DNA of 64,000 nt from an uncultured Cytophagales bacterium (GCA_963815495.1 CAWFGW010000011.1:54957-118956); one strand, 5' to 3'; positions 1 through 10,637 are shown, counted from the first letter of the stretch. The notes: generated from the letters alone by a model not told the origin. Numbers and translations are program-made.

Positions 1-4
1 TAAT

Positions 5-1753
5 TTGGGTGAAATGTATATTTACGATGAACAGTATGACTCAGCCATCCATTATTTAACCGCTTCCCTTTCTATCCAAGAATCACACGAATCTTTCAAT
101 CCTCCCTTGCATCAAACCACTTTATACAACCTAGCTGAAGCCTACCATTGGTCAGGTGATTATCCGAATGCAGATAAAGTTTACCAGGAATTGATTGATG
201 ATTTGTTACACGAAATCAAACACAACTTTTCGTACCTCAGCGACAATGAAAAAATGACCTTTTATAAAAACCAACTGGACATTCTGGAAAGTTATGTCGC
301 GTTTGCTTTAGAAGTATCTGGAATGCTTCCCATGCAAGGCACTGACGATCCATTTATTAATCCAGAAATCATGGGGCTTTTATACGACTTGCAACTCACC
401 ACAAAGGGCATTATTCTAAATACAAGTAGAAGAAACAAAGCATCTATTCTAACAAGTGGCGACACCACACTTGTACACATTTACACGTTATGGGAACAAC
501 GAAAAAATCAATTAGCTCAGTTGCTACTCACGGGAACTACTCCTGCCGCAGAAATCCAGCATTTAAAAACAAAAATTGAAGAAAATGAGAAATGGCTCAT
601 TGCCAACTCAACCAATTTCCGTTCAGGTTTTAAGATGGAACAAGTCTCGTGGAAACAGATTCAAAAATCACTTCAACCGAATGAAGCCGCAGTAGAAATC
701 ATTCGGTTAACTGGCGGTTTGATTTATGGCGCACTGATTATTACTGCCCAAACAACAGAACAACCCAAGCTATCTTTAATTATGAGTACGCGTTCAAAAT
801 ACTTGGAAAAAGAGGCGATTGCTTTTTATCAGAATGCTATCCTGCAACAACTAAACGACCCCTACTCTTACGGTACTTTTTGGAAGCCCATTATCGATAC
901 CGTTCAATTTTATATGCCATCAAAGCAACTACCCAAACGTATTTATCTTTCTAATGATGGTATTTATAATCAAATCAACGTAAACACTTTGTTTGATACA
1001 TTAAATAAAACCTATGTAATCGATCAGACAGAAATAATTCCGGTAACGAATACCAAAGAGCTGTTAAAAGATTTCCAAAAATCGAGTCATTCAAAACAAG
1101 CCGTACTTTTTGGTCAGCCTACTTTTTCGAGTTATAAAAGCTCAAATGAAACATATGAAGATTTACCCGGTACAGGAAAAGAAGTACAGTTAATCAATCA
1201 ATTATTAGTGACAAAAAAATGGAACACAACAGTCTATCAACAAAAAGAAGCGACTGAAACCAATCTGAAAAAAATATCCAATGCCACCGTACTGCACCTG
1301 GCTAGTCATGGCTTTTTTCAATCAAAATCAGAGACTGATGAATTTTCAATGGCAGAAACAATGATTCAATCAGGAATAGTATTGGCTGGCGTTAATGACA
1401 CTTCGCATACTTTTGAAGATGGCGTATTGACCGCTTATGAGGTCACAAACCTACACTTGGACGCGACTGATTTAGTTGTGTTATCAGCTTGTGAAACAGC
1501 CAAAGGAGTCAATAACTATGGGGAAGGAATATATGGATTACAACATGCATTTAAAGCTGCGGGCGCTAACCACATTATTATGAGTTTATGGAAAGTGGAT
1601 GATAGTGCCACTCAAAAGCTCATGGTTGAATTTTATAAAAACTGGATGAAATCAGATAACATGAGAAATGCCTTTATTAAAGCACAAAAAAACTTGCGAG
1701 AAGCATATACTAACCCGTATTACTGGGGTGCGTTTGTTCTTACTGGAAAGTAG
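5..1753 (+). CDS. TPR + CHAT (caspase-like) domain protein, 5' end probably outside the window
   Basis: N-terminal TPR-like helices (TLYNLAEAYHWSGDYPNA); CHAT catalytic His motif LHLASHGFF and Cys motif VVLSACETAKG; C-terminal PYYWGAFVLTG. Confidence 0.9.
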   Translation: MGEMYIYDEQYDSAIHYLTASLSIQESHESFNPPLHQTTLYNLAEAYHWSGDYPNADKVYQELIDDLLHEIKHNFSYLSDNEKMTFYKNQLDILESYVAFALEVSGMLPMQGTDDPFINPEIMGLLYDLQLTTKGIILNTSRRNKASILTSGDTTLVHIYTLWEQRKNQLAQLLLTGTTPAAEIQHLKTKIEENEKWLIANSTNFRSGFKMEQVSWKQIQKSLQPNEAAVEIIRLTGGLIYGALIITAQTTEQPKLSLIMSTRSKYLEKEAIAFYQNAILQQLNDPYSYGTFWKPIIDTVQFYMPSKQLPKRIYLSNDGIYNQINVNTLFDTLNKTYVIDQTEIIPVTNTKELLKDFQKSSHSKQAVLFGQPTFSSYKSSNETYEDLPGTGKEVQLINQLLVTKKWNTTVYQQKEATETNLKKISNATVLHLASHGFFQSKSETDEFSMAETMIQSGIVLAGVNDTSHTFEDGVLTAYEVTNLHLDATDLVVLSACETAKGVNNYGEGIYGLQHAFKAAGANHIIMSLWKVDDSATQKLMVEFYKNWMKSDNMRNAFIKAQKNLREAYTNPYYWGAFVLTGK

Positions 1754-1817
1754 ACTTTGATAGATTCTACTATAATCACTCTTTTTAAGCATTTTATTTT
1801 TTACCTTTTGAATATCA

Positions 1818-3179
1818 ATGGGAGTTAAAACTGCAAATACTACTTCACGAACATTAGGGGCCTTCTCGCTATGGGCTATTGGGGTTGGATTGGTCATCTC
1901 TGGAGAGTCCTTTGGTTGGAATTTGGGTTGGGCCATTACAGGGCCTATCGTGTTTTTTATCCCTGTTGTCATTACAGCTATTTTATATTATTCTTTGGTT
2001 CAATGTCTTATTGAGCTTGCTTGTGTTTATCCCGATGCTAGTGGACCACATATCTATGTTAAGAATGCCTTTGGGAAACATTGGGGCAACTTTATAGCGC
2101 TGGCAATCTTATTCGAATTTCTGTTTGCCACTCCGGCAGTAGCCACCTCCATTGGTGAGTATATTGGTTTTTTAACCGATGATATGGCTGCAACTCGTTG
2201 GATTGCAACTGGTTTTATTGGTGTTTTTTGTATCATTAATCTATTTGATATTAGTATTAGTGTATTGTTTGCTATCGGATTAACCCTTTTAGCCATTGCT
2301 GAATTATTCATCTATCAAAGTGCGGTGGTTACGGAGTTTAAACCGACCAACTTGTTGACCAACACCTACGGTTCGTTTACCATAACGTCCATTGTCGAAG
2401 CCTTGCCTTTTGCCATTTGGCTATTATTAGCGATTGAAGGCATTTCCTTAATGACCCAAAACATTAAAAAAGAAAACTTTAGGTTAACCATCACTCGAGG
2501 ATACAATTACTCTTTCTGGACCTTATTTTTATTAGCTCTTTCGGTCTTACTATTAGCAGGTGGTGGCATTTACTGGAATGATGTTAATTGGGCCATCATT
2601 AGTACTGACAACCACCCCATGCCTGCTTCTTTGGCCATTATACTGTCAAAAGAACATCTCTTGGTTCAACTCTTTACTTTCATTGGGTTGTTTGGTTTGA
2701 TAGCATCACTACAAGGAGTAGCTCTTGCCACGACTACCCAACTAGAACAATTTATTCCAATTGAGTCAATCACTAAAAAGAAGAAAAGAGCACTTACCTC
2801 ATCGCTTGTTTTTGTCATCAGTGCTATTGCCATTTGGGGAAGCCATACGTCCTTTTTAATCGAATTATCCGTTTATGGTGCAGTCTGTATGTATTTTGGC
2901 GTAAGTATAAGTCTTATTCGCTTACGCTTACTGAAAGAAAAACAAGCCAACTTAGTTTATGAAGGAGAGTCGAAAGACCCAGATTTAGCTTATAGCCATT
3001 CGGATTTTAAGTCAAATAAATCAAAAATATTTTCCTATACCGCAGCACTTTTTTCATTCTTTTGCATTGTTTCACTCAGTTACCTTTTACCCTATGGTTT
3101 TCTATCTTTTTTGGTTTTAGCACTCGTTTTCATCCTTCTAAATAAGTATAAAAAGCAAAAATCATTAGGTTTAAAATAA
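1818..3179 (+). CDS. eat: APC-family amino acid permease, likely ethanolamine permease
   Basis: Multi-TM protein with LWAIGVGLVISGESFGWNLG and LPFAIWLLLAIEG motifs typical of Eat; 1 nt upstream of eutB. Confidence 0.8.
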   Translation: MGVKTANTTSRTLGAFSLWAIGVGLVISGESFGWNLGWAITGPIVFFIPVVITAILYYSLVQCLIELACVYPDASGPHIYVKNAFGKHWGNFIALAILFEFLFATPAVATSIGEYIGFLTDDMAATRWIATGFIGVFCIINLFDISISVLFAIGLTLLAIAELFIYQSAVVTEFKPTNLLTNTYGSFTITSIVEALPFAIWLLLAIEGISLMTQNIKKENFRLTITRGYNYSFWTLFLLALSVLLLAGGGIYWNDVNWAIISTDNHPMPASLAIILSKEHLLVQLFTFIGLFGLIASLQGVALATTTQLEQFIPIESITKKKKRALTSSLVFVISAIAIWGSHTSFLIELSVYGAVCMYFGVSISLIRLRLLKEKQANLVYEGESKDPDLAYSHSDFKSNKSKIFSYTAALFSFFCIVSLSYLLPYGFLSFLVLALVFILLNKYKKQKSLGLK

Positions 3180-3180
3180 G

Positions 3181-4554
3181 ATGGCTTATAGGTTTACCAT
3201 AGCGCAGCAGACCTATGTATTTGATGACCTCAACATGCTGTTGGCCAAAGCTACGCCTTTTCGAACGGGCGATGCGTTAGCAGGATTAACCGCTGATTCA
3301 AACGAAGAACGAGTAGCCGCTCAATTTGCCTTGAGCGATGTGCCGTTAAAGGAATTCTTAATGGAAGCCATCATTCCATATGAACATGATGAAGTCACTC
3401 GATTAATTTTTGATGAGCATGATGAACAAGCTTTTAAAATTGTAGCATCCTACACCGTTGGAGAATTTCGGGATTGGCTTTTTACCGAAGCTGCTGATGT
3501 ACATACTTTGAAAAGCCTGGCACCTGGTCTAACTCCTGAAATGGTAGCAGCCGTCTCCAAATTAATGCGTAATCAGGATTTGATTTTGATTGCTCAAAAG
3601 TGTGAAGTGGTGAGTAAATTCAGGAATACGATTGGTCTAAATGGACATTTATCGGTACGACTCCAGCCTAACAACCCAATTGATGACGCCAAAGGAATAG
3701 CCGCAAGCATTATCGATGGAATCATGTACGGTTGTGGTGATGCCGTTATTGGAATAAACCCTGCAACGGACAGTCCAGAAGTAGTTTCCAAGCTACTCCA
3801 TATGCTGAATAATATCCGTACAAAATATGAAATACCAACTCAAAGCTGCATTCTCAGCCATGTGACTACCACTTTAAAAATCATAGATAAAGCTCCAGTC
3901 GATTTAGTGTTTCAATCAATAGGTGGAACAGAAAAAACAAACACTTCTTTTGGCATCAATCTTAGTTTATTGCAAGAAGCGTACGATGCAGCATCTTCCT
4001 TAAACCGAGGTACAATCGGCAACCAAGTAATGTATTTCGAGACTGGCCAAGGTTCTTCTTTATCAGCCAATGCACACCATGGGGTGGATCAACAAACTTG
4101 CGAAGCGAGAGCCTATGCGGTAGCTAGAAAGTTTAATCCGTTTTTGGTGAATAGTGTGGTGGGTTTTATAGATCCAGAATATTTATATGATGGTAAACAA
4201 ATTACGAGAGCTGCTTTGGAAGACCATTTTTGTGCTAAATTAATGGGTTTACCTATGGGGGTTGATATCTGCTACACCAATCATGCAGAAGCTGACCAAG
4301 ATGACATGGACAACTTGATGACTTTACTCGGAGTTGCTGGCTGCAACTTTATGATGGGTGTTCCAGGTGCTGATGATATTATGCTTAACTACCAATCCAC
4401 TTCATTTCATGATGCCATGTATCTCAGAAAAGTCTTACAGAAAAAACCAGCTCCTGAATTTGAAGCATGGCTGCTAAAAATGGGAATAATGAATCAGGAT
4501 GGAAAACGTCTTCCAATCACTCCTTCTCACCAACTTTTAAAAGGGATTTCTTGA
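3181..4554 (+). CDS. eutB: Ethanolamine ammonia-lyase large subunit
   Basis: LLAKATPFRTGD, VRLQPN, GDAVIGINPA, YFETGQGS, GVDICYTNH and DDIMLNYQSTSFHD motifs. Confidence 0.97.
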   Translation: MAYRFTIAQQTYVFDDLNMLLAKATPFRTGDALAGLTADSNEERVAAQFALSDVPLKEFLMEAIIPYEHDEVTRLIFDEHDEQAFKIVASYTVGEFRDWLFTEAADVHTLKSLAPGLTPEMVAAVSKLMRNQDLILIAQKCEVVSKFRNTIGLNGHLSVRLQPNNPIDDAKGIAASIIDGIMYGCGDAVIGINPATDSPEVVSKLLHMLNNIRTKYEIPTQSCILSHVTTTLKIIDKAPVDLVFQSIGGTEKTNTSFGINLSLLQEAYDAASSLNRGTIGNQVMYFETGQGSSLSANAHHGVDQQTCEARAYAVARKFNPFLVNSVVGFIDPEYLYDGKQITRAALEDHFCAKLMGLPMGVDICYTNHAEADQDDMDNLMTLLGVAGCNFMMGVPGADDIMLNYQSTSFHDAMYLRKVLQKKPAPEFEAWLLKMGIMNQDGKRLPITPSHQLLKGIS

Positions 4555-5309
4555 TGGACAACGCACCCAAAATACCGTTGGTTCAAGAAGATGCCTGGAG
4601 TGATTTAAAAGTACACTCCAATGCTCGAATCGCTTTAGGTAATGTAGGTGGTAGTCTACCCCTTCGCGAGGTATTGAATTTTAAGTTAGCGCATGCAAAT
4701 GCCAAAGATGCTATTTATACACCTTTAGATACTCAACGGTTAAGTGAGGAATGTGACCAACTTGGCTTGCCTTTCTTTCAGTTAAAAAGTAAAATCACCG
4801 ATAGAACCGAATACCTCAAACGTCCAGATCTAGGTAGACGCTTAAACCAAGCTTCGGTGGAAGAGTTAAAAAAAGCAAAAAGAACTTATGACTTGGTTTT
4901 TATATTAGTTGATGGCTTGTCAGCCAATGCCATAAATACACATGCTTTAATTATTTTGAATTTGATATTACCTCAATTAACCCACTTCTCAATAGCCATT
5001 TGTCTTGTCTCAGAAGGCCGTGTGGCAATTGGTGATGAAATAGGCATGCTGCTTAAAGCAAAATTTACCTCAGTATTAATTGGGGAAAGACCAGGTCTTT
5101 CATCACCTAAAAGTATGGGTATCTATACTACATACACTCCTCAATTAGGTTTCACAGACGAACGAAGAAATTGTATCTCCAACATTCATGAAAATGGGTT
5201 AAGTTATGAACAAGCTATTCAACTACTTAATTATTTGATTGAGCAATCTTTCTTGAGAAAAATGAGCGGTGTTGATTTAAAAATTGAGTTGGATAAATTA
5301 ATTCGCTAA
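4554..5309 (+). CDS. eutC: Ethanolamine ammonia-lyase small subunit
   Basis: ARIALG, YLKRPDLGRRL, DGLSA, LIGERPGLSS and RNCISNIH motifs. Start moved to ATG 4554, which overlaps the eutB TGA. Confidence 0.95.
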   Translation: MDNAPKIPLVQEDAWSDLKVHSNARIALGNVGGSLPLREVLNFKLAHANAKDAIYTPLDTQRLSEECDQLGLPFFQLKSKITDRTEYLKRPDLGRRLNQASVEELKKAKRTYDLVFILVDGLSANAINTHALIILNLILPQLTHFSIAICLVSEGRVAIGDEIGMLLKAKFTSVLIGERPGLSSPKSMGIYTTYTPQLGFTDERRNCISNIHENGLSYEQAIQLLNYLIEQSFLRKMSGVDLKIELDKLIR

Positions 5310-5394
5310 CCCCATCGCATAATAAAAGAGGAAGAGAAGTAATCCTTGAGAATTATTTATATAAATTGTCACTACACTACATCCTCCTTTTTAT

Positions 5395-6975
5395 ATGAGT
5401 AAATTATCAAAATTTAAGTTTAGCAAAACCGTCATTTACATTATCATTGCGATTAGTGGTATTGCGATATTTTTAATTGTACATCATCAAACTCATCGCC
5501 TCGTTTCGTCTTTTTTAGAAAGGAAACTTCCAAAACACATTGTTCTTGACTATGATAATATTCAAGCTGACTTAGTTTCAGGAGATATTGCTTTAACTAA
5601 TATCAAGATTCAAGTATATAACCGTGATTGTATAGAATCATACACCCATATTTCATTAGATAAATTGTATATCAAGGGATTTAGTTATTGGGGTATTTGG
5701 TTTCAAAATGAATTAAAAGCAAAAAAACTCGGATTGGAAAACCCAAAACTTACGCTTTATTCTGACAAAAAAAAACAGGCGAATGATAAGCAAAAATCTG
5801 GTGTCGTAGATTTAAAAAGAGAAATTAAAATAGATGAATTTGAATTAACCAACGGCTTCTTCTATCTCTATGAAAGCAGTCAAGATAGTTCAAAAATATC
5901 GATAGACAGTATAAATTTCAACTTACAAAACGCAAGAATCGATTCTAAAATCATATCACAAAAGATTCCAATAGCATATAGTGGTTACCAGTTACAAGCT
6001 AGTAACATCGGTGTAGCCCTCGGCCAATATGAAAAATTATATGTGAGTAATATTGCTATTAACAACCGCGCCATTGACTTCAAAGACTTTAGGCTGCTAT
6101 CCAAATACTCTAAAGAAGAACTTTCCAATCACCTTGAAGAAGAGCATGAACATATTACTTTGAATATTCCTAATATTCACATTGACGAAGTAGATTATGG
6201 GTATCGAGATGAAAAATTTTATTTTCAAAGTAAAAAAATAGTACTGGACTCCACCCATTTTGCTCTTTATCTAGACAAGTTACAAAAAGACCGGACGGGC
6301 GATAAAAAATTATATAGCGCACAACTTCGATCATTACCCTTTGATTTAAGTATCGATTCTATTAAAATCAATAATTCCTATATCAGTTACTCTGAAAAAA
6401 AAGTTAAAGACTTAGAAGCAGGAAAGGTGTTTTTCGATAACGTCAACGCTACCATTACTAAGTTATCCAACACATATGAAGAAGGGAATGAAACCCGCAT
6501 TTATGCTTCTTCAAAATTTATGGGTAGTACCCCTTTATCGTTAGATTGGCGGTTTGATGTCAATAATAAAAACGACTATTTTACAGCAAAGGGTGCCGCC
6601 TCCAATTTTAACACTACCACAGTGAACCAATTTTTAATTCCAAACCAACAAATGAAAATTAAGGGAGAAATCGAACAACTCTATTTTAATTTTCATGGAG
6701 ATAAAAATACTGCGTCTGGCGATTTAAAAATGAAGTATGACAATGTGAAATTGAAATTGTTAAAAGAAGACAGAACGCATGTCAAAAAAATAAGGTCAGC
6801 TGTCGGGAATATGATCATCAAAGATGGAGATAATGCTAATGAAGCAGGTTTTAGGTATGGTGAAATCGCTTTTGACAGAGGGGGAGGTAAGTCTTTCTTC
6901 GGTTACCTATGGAAAAGTGTCAATAGCGGGATTAAAAATGCACTCACAGGAAAAGCTGAAAAAGAAGAGGATTAA
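5395..6975 (+). CDS. AsmA/DUF748-like envelope protein
   Basis: N-terminal TM anchor, long beta-rich body, C-terminal KSFFGYLWKSVNSGI amphipathic motif; paralogous to the C-terminus of 34469..38440. Confidence 0.6.
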   Translation: MSKLSKFKFSKTVIYIIIAISGIAIFLIVHHQTHRLVSSFLERKLPKHIVLDYDNIQADLVSGDIALTNIKIQVYNRDCIESYTHISLDKLYIKGFSYWGIWFQNELKAKKLGLENPKLTLYSDKKKQANDKQKSGVVDLKREIKIDEFELTNGFFYLYESSQDSSKISIDSINFNLQNARIDSKIISQKIPIAYSGYQLQASNIGVALGQYEKLYVSNIAINNRAIDFKDFRLLSKYSKEELSNHLEEEHEHITLNIPNIHIDEVDYGYRDEKFYFQSKKIVLDSTHFALYLDKLQKDRTGDKKLYSAQLRSLPFDLSIDSIKINNSYISYSEKKVKDLEAGKVFFDNVNATITKLSNTYEEGNETRIYASSKFMGSTPLSLDWRFDVNNKNDYFTAKGAASNFNTTTVNQFLIPNQQMKIKGEIEQLYFNFHGDKNTASGDLKMKYDNVKLKLLKEDRTHVKKIRSAVGNMIIKDGDNANEAGFRYGEIAFDRGGGKSFFGYLWKSVNSGIKNALTGKAEKEED

Positions 6976-7004
6976 ATTAATAGTCCCCTTCATCTATTTA
7001 TTCA

Positions 7005-8276
7005 TTAATCGGAGGTTTTTCCTCCTCCAGCTTTCGGTCTAAAACGGCTTGGTCTGTTGTTATTTGATCGACCTCGATCTCCACTTGGTTTTGGTTTTCT
7101 AATATTTGATTTTCGTGAGATGTCTTTTATTGGATCAGGATTGGTGCTTGGCTCAAAACCTTCAATCACATCACTTTCCAATTTCATACCTAACAGTTTT
7201 TCAATACCTCTAACATATTCAACTTCATCGTGTGCGACCAATGAAATTGCTAAACCACTTGCTCCAGCTCTACCTGTCCTACCTATTCGGTGCACATAAT
7301 CCTCAGGAACATTCGGTAACTCAAAATTAATCACGTGAGGAAGCAATGGAATATCCAGTCCACGAGCAGCGATATCAGTTGCGACTAATACACGGATTTT
7401 ACCTTTCTTAAAACCTTCTAAGGCATTTGTTCTTGCATTCTGTGTCTTATTTCCATGAATAGCCGCGGAAGTAATTCCACTTTTACCAAGTTTTTCACTC
7501 AGCTTATTTGCCCCGTGTTTAGTTCTTGTAAAAATTAATACTTGATGCCAATTGCCTTCGGAAACTAGCTTAGTGACAACCGCTTGTTTTTTACTTTGGT
7601 CTACTCTATATACTTTTTGATCTACTTTTTCAGCAGTGGTATTTTCAGGAGTTGCTTCCACTAAAATAGGGTTGTTCATCATGCCATTGGCAAGTTGTTT
7701 TATCTCCTTTGAAAAGGTAGCTGAAAAAAGAAGGTTTTGTCTTTTAACAGGCATTAAACTCAATATCTTTCTAATATCACGTAAAAAGCCCATATCCAAC
7801 ATTCTGTCAGCCTCATCCAGCACCAATATTTGAATATCAGCAAGTGTGAACACTTTTTGATTATATAAATCCAACAAACGACCAGGGGTCGCTATTAAAA
7901 TATCTACACCACTTCTTAAGGTTCTTATTTGGGGATTGGCATTTACACCTCCAAAAACTACGGTGGATTTAATATCTAAAAACTCGCTATAGGACTCTAC
8001 ATTAGCTGAAACTTGAGCAGCTAGTTCACGGGTAGGTGTTAATACTAATGCTCTGATATTTCTTCTTTTTGAAGTGGGTCTTTCAGACAAGAGTTGCAGC
8101 ATAGGTAAAGTAAAGCCTGCCGTTTTTCCAGTTCCCGTTTGAGCGGAAGCTAGAATATCTTTACCAGCCAAAATTTGTGGTATTGCTTTTTCCTGAATGG
8201 GTGAAGGTTGTGTGTACCCTTGTTTGTCGATTGCTTTCAACAGGGCTTGAGATAAGCCTAATTCGGTAAATAACAT
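7005..8276 (-). CDS. rhlE: DEAD-box RNA helicase, RhlE-like
   Basis: Q motif, [29 protein letters not shown]; basic C-terminal tail. Confidence 0.92.
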   Translation of the reverse strand: MLFTELGLSQALLKAIDKQGYTQPSPIQEKAIPQILAGKDILASAQTGTGKTAGFTLPMLQLLSERPTSKRRNIRALVLTPTRELAAQVSANVESYSEFLDIKSTVVFGGVNANPQIRTLRSGVDILIATPGRLLDLYNQKVFTLADIQILVLDEADRMLDMGFLRDIRKILSLMPVKRQNLLFSATFSKEIKQLANGMMNNPILVEATPENTTAEKVDQKVYRVDQSKKQAVVTKLVSEGNWHQVLIFTRTKHGANKLSEKLGKSGITSAAIHGNKTQNARTNALEGFKKGKIRVLVATDIAARGLDIPLLPHVINFELPNVPEDYVHRIGRTGRAGASGLAISLVAHDEVEYVRGIEKLLGMKLESDVIEGFEPSTNPDPIKDISRKSNIRKPKPSGDRGRSNNNRPSRFRPKAGGGKTSD

Positions 8277-8330
8277 ATAAATTGTTTATGAAATGACAAT
8301 TTATAATTGATGTCATTTCGAAATGAAGTA

Positions 8331-8338
8331 CAAAGGTA
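8331..8338 (-). promoter_or_regulatory. Bacteroidota sigma-70 -7 element (TACCTTTG) for the helicase
   Basis: Exact TAnnTTTG match 55 nt upstream of the ATG; no clear -33 TTTG. Confidence 0.5.
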
Positions 8339-8491
8339 AGGCTAATTTTTGCCACTACCATTGTTATTCGCATAAATGCCTGATTTAAAAAAGATTCTCG
8401 TGAAAAAAAATATTCGCAAATGCTATAGTTTGTTAGGGAATTATAAAAATATACTTTACTTTTCCACCTTAATTATATTATTACAATTACA

Positions 8492-8686
8492 ATGAAAAAA
8501 GGAACAGTAAAATTCTTCAACGAGACTAAAGGTTTTGGTTTTGTATGTGAAGAAGATTCAAAAAAAGAGTACTTCGTACACGTATCAGGTTTAATTGACG
8601 AAATCAGAGAAGGTGACGAAGTTGAATTCGAATTAGCAGAAGGTAGAAAAGGATTAAACGCAGTCAACGTAAAAGTTGTTCAATAA
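8492..8686 (+). CDS. Cold-shock protein (CspA family)
   Basis: RNP1 KGFGFV and RNP2 YFVHVS; 64 aa. Confidence 0.95.
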   Translation: MKKGTVKFFNETKGFGFVCEEDSKKEYFVHVSGLIDEIREGDEVEFELAEGRKGLNAVNVKVVQ

Positions 8687-8706
8687 TATTCTTCACTTTT
8701 ATTAGT

Positions 8707-8742
8707 CAAAAAAGCCTGTTGATCGATCGACAGGCTTTTTTT
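8707..8742 (+). terminator. Rho-independent terminator
   Basis: aaaaaagcctgttga-tcga-tcgacaggcttttttt hairpin plus U tract after csp. Confidence 0.85.
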
Positions 8743-8787
8743 ATGCCCCAAAATTTTGTAACTTTTAAATAGTCAAATTGTAACGTT

Positions 8788-9321
8788 ATGAAATTAAACA
8801 CCTATGTACCCTTAATTGCCTTGCTTTTTTTGCTTGGTTGTAAAGCAGTTGACAAGTTAACTCAGTTTAATTTAGACTATAATGAGACGATAACCATACC
8901 TGCCTCATCAATAATTGATGTACCACTTACCATTTTGACACCTGAAGTTGAAACCAATACAGAATCGGAATTTGCATCGAATGATACTCGGAAAGACAAA
9001 ATTGAAGAGATTAAACTTACCGCTATGACACTATCCGTTCTATCCCCAGAAAATGGAGACTTTGGATTTTTGAAATCGGTTTCTGTATCCCTTGTTGCTG
9101 ACGGATTGGATGAAATTCAAATTGCTTGGAAAGATGCGGTACCCGAAGACGCTGGTAACATACTTGATTTGGAAACTACTGATAAAGACTTAAAAGAATA
9201 CATTAAAAAAGATGCGTTTAAACTGCGAGTCAGCGTAACCACAGATGAAGTAACGACCTCAGAATATAAAATCGATGTATATTCTAACTTTTTTGTGGAT
9301 GCAAAGGTGTTAGGTATTTGA
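8788..9321 (+). CDS. Hypothetical lipoprotein
   Basis: Lipobox LLGC; acidic beta-rich body. Confidence 0.7.
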   Translation: MKLNTYVPLIALLFLLGCKAVDKLTQFNLDYNETITIPASSIIDVPLTILTPEVETNTESEFASNDTRKDKIEEIKLTAMTLSVLSPENGDFGFLKSVSVSLVADGLDEIQIAWKDAVPEDAGNILDLETTDKDLKEYIKKDAFKLRVSVTTDEVTTSEYKIDVYSNFFVDAKVLGI

Positions 9322-9467
9322 ATTAACACAACTCAAACAATATCGCCATCACCAATTGTGATCACAGCTCAGTTTGCAATTTCAGTTTAGTTACTTTTTT
9401 AACTGTAAGCCCGGGAGCTAGAATTTTCGAAAAACTCTATTAACCATTTTTTCTGGTTATATGGAGA

Positions 9468-10637
9468 TTAGTATCGCAAGAGAGCATTCATTTCAAATCC
9501 TTCTAGAGGCATATCGTCTGAATTTGCTATATATATTTCCCCTCCTTGAAGAAACGTTTTTATTGCTGCTAAATTTATCAGTTCTGCGTTAGCAACACCT
9601 TGCGCTTCTTCTACGACCACTTGTCTTTTGTCTATATCATAAAATCCATATAACTCAGCGGATTCATTGATGAATAAAGTGTCTACTCTACCATCAACTG
9701 TTTCTGGAATTATTCTTTCTAATTCAGTGCGAACTTGATCAGAGTTCTGCAAATCTTGTAGTTGTTCAATTTTAGTTTTTTTCTGCTCTTGAAAAGTATC
9801 TGCTACAAGATTCCAAGCCTTCTCATGTAAATCAGCATCATCTTCAGCCTCGGGATTTCCATTTACAAAATCAGGATATAAGTTAAAATAAGAACAGGTG
9901 TCCTTATAAAGCGGGAAGTAATGATTTTGGCAAGCTAAAACCAAGGGTTCTCCTCCCTCATTTATTAGCTTAGTAACACCTTTGTCCACTTCATTAAAAA
10001 ACTTTTTTACCTGTTTATAAGGGTCATCTTTACCAGCACCATGTCCATGAAAAATAACACTTTCATTTCTTCCACTATTAACAACCTTTCCTTGAAGACT
10101 TTTATCCTTATCTGGTATCGCCACATCTTCAGGTACTAAATCTTTTATAAAAATGGAAGTTAAGGTATGTCTATTAGCTTCGAAAAGACTAACGTTATCC
10201 TGACTAAGTTTTAAAAGATAAAACAACCCATTACCATTAAAAAAAGGGAACAGGGGTAATAAATAAAAGTGATTACTAATGTAGGTTTTGAATTCAAAGT
10301 TAAGGGGCAACGAATAATGTTCCATTCCTTTTTTGTGTAAAAAAATTGCTAGACCATCCGACAGATTTCTCCAAAAATGAACATCATCTAATAAAGCTGT
10401 AACAGGTTTTAAGTATGCTTCAATTTCGTCATCTGTTCGTTTATAATTAGTGCTTAAATTCTGACGAATATTTTTTAAGGCATTTTTCAGTTTTAATTGA
10501 CCTTGTTTCTCATCGACTTCAATCCCTGCACGTTTGGTTGGAATATATATTGAAATACATTCGGTGCTTTGAACTTCAGCTAAGTTCTTTAAATTTTTCC
10601 TAGAAAAAAATGTATAGTTTATCGTTTGAGTTTTCAT
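9468..10637 (-). CDS. Bacterial aeRF1-like (baeRF3/baeRF7-type) protein
   Basis: CISIYIPT, DGLAIF, FYLLKLSQ, HGHGAG loop, PLVLA, GRVDTLF and LLRY C-terminus characteristic of the baeRF families. Confidence 0.8.
   Translation of the reverse strand: MKTQTINYTFFSRKNLKNLAEVQSTECISIYIPTKRAGIEVDEKQGQLKLKNALKNIRQNLSTNYKRTDDEIEAYLKPVTALLDDVHFWRNLSDGLAIFLHKKGMEHYSLPLNFEFKTYISNHFYLLPLFPFFNGNGLFYLLKLSQDNVSLFEANRHTLTSIFIKDLVPEDVAIPDKDKSLQGKVVNSGRNESVIFHGHGAGKDDPYKQVKKFFNEVDKGVTKLINEGGEPLVLACQNHYFPLYKDTCSYFNLYPDFVNGNPEAEDDADLHEKAWNLVADTFQEQKKTKIEQLQDLQNSDQVRTELERIIPETVDGRVDTLFINESAELYGFYDIDKRQVVVEEAQGVANAELINLAAIKTFLQGGEIYIANSDDMPLEGFEMNALLRY

Noticed and set aside
1754-1817. Cobalamin riboswitch upstream of eut
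   Set aside because: Only 64 AT-rich nt, with no B12-box or conserved core
4467-4553. Longer N-termini offered for eutC and for the GyrI-like, DHFR-like, crtI and FG-GAP genes
   Set aside because: The extensions overlap upstream genes or promoters; downstream ATGs match family starts or signal peptides
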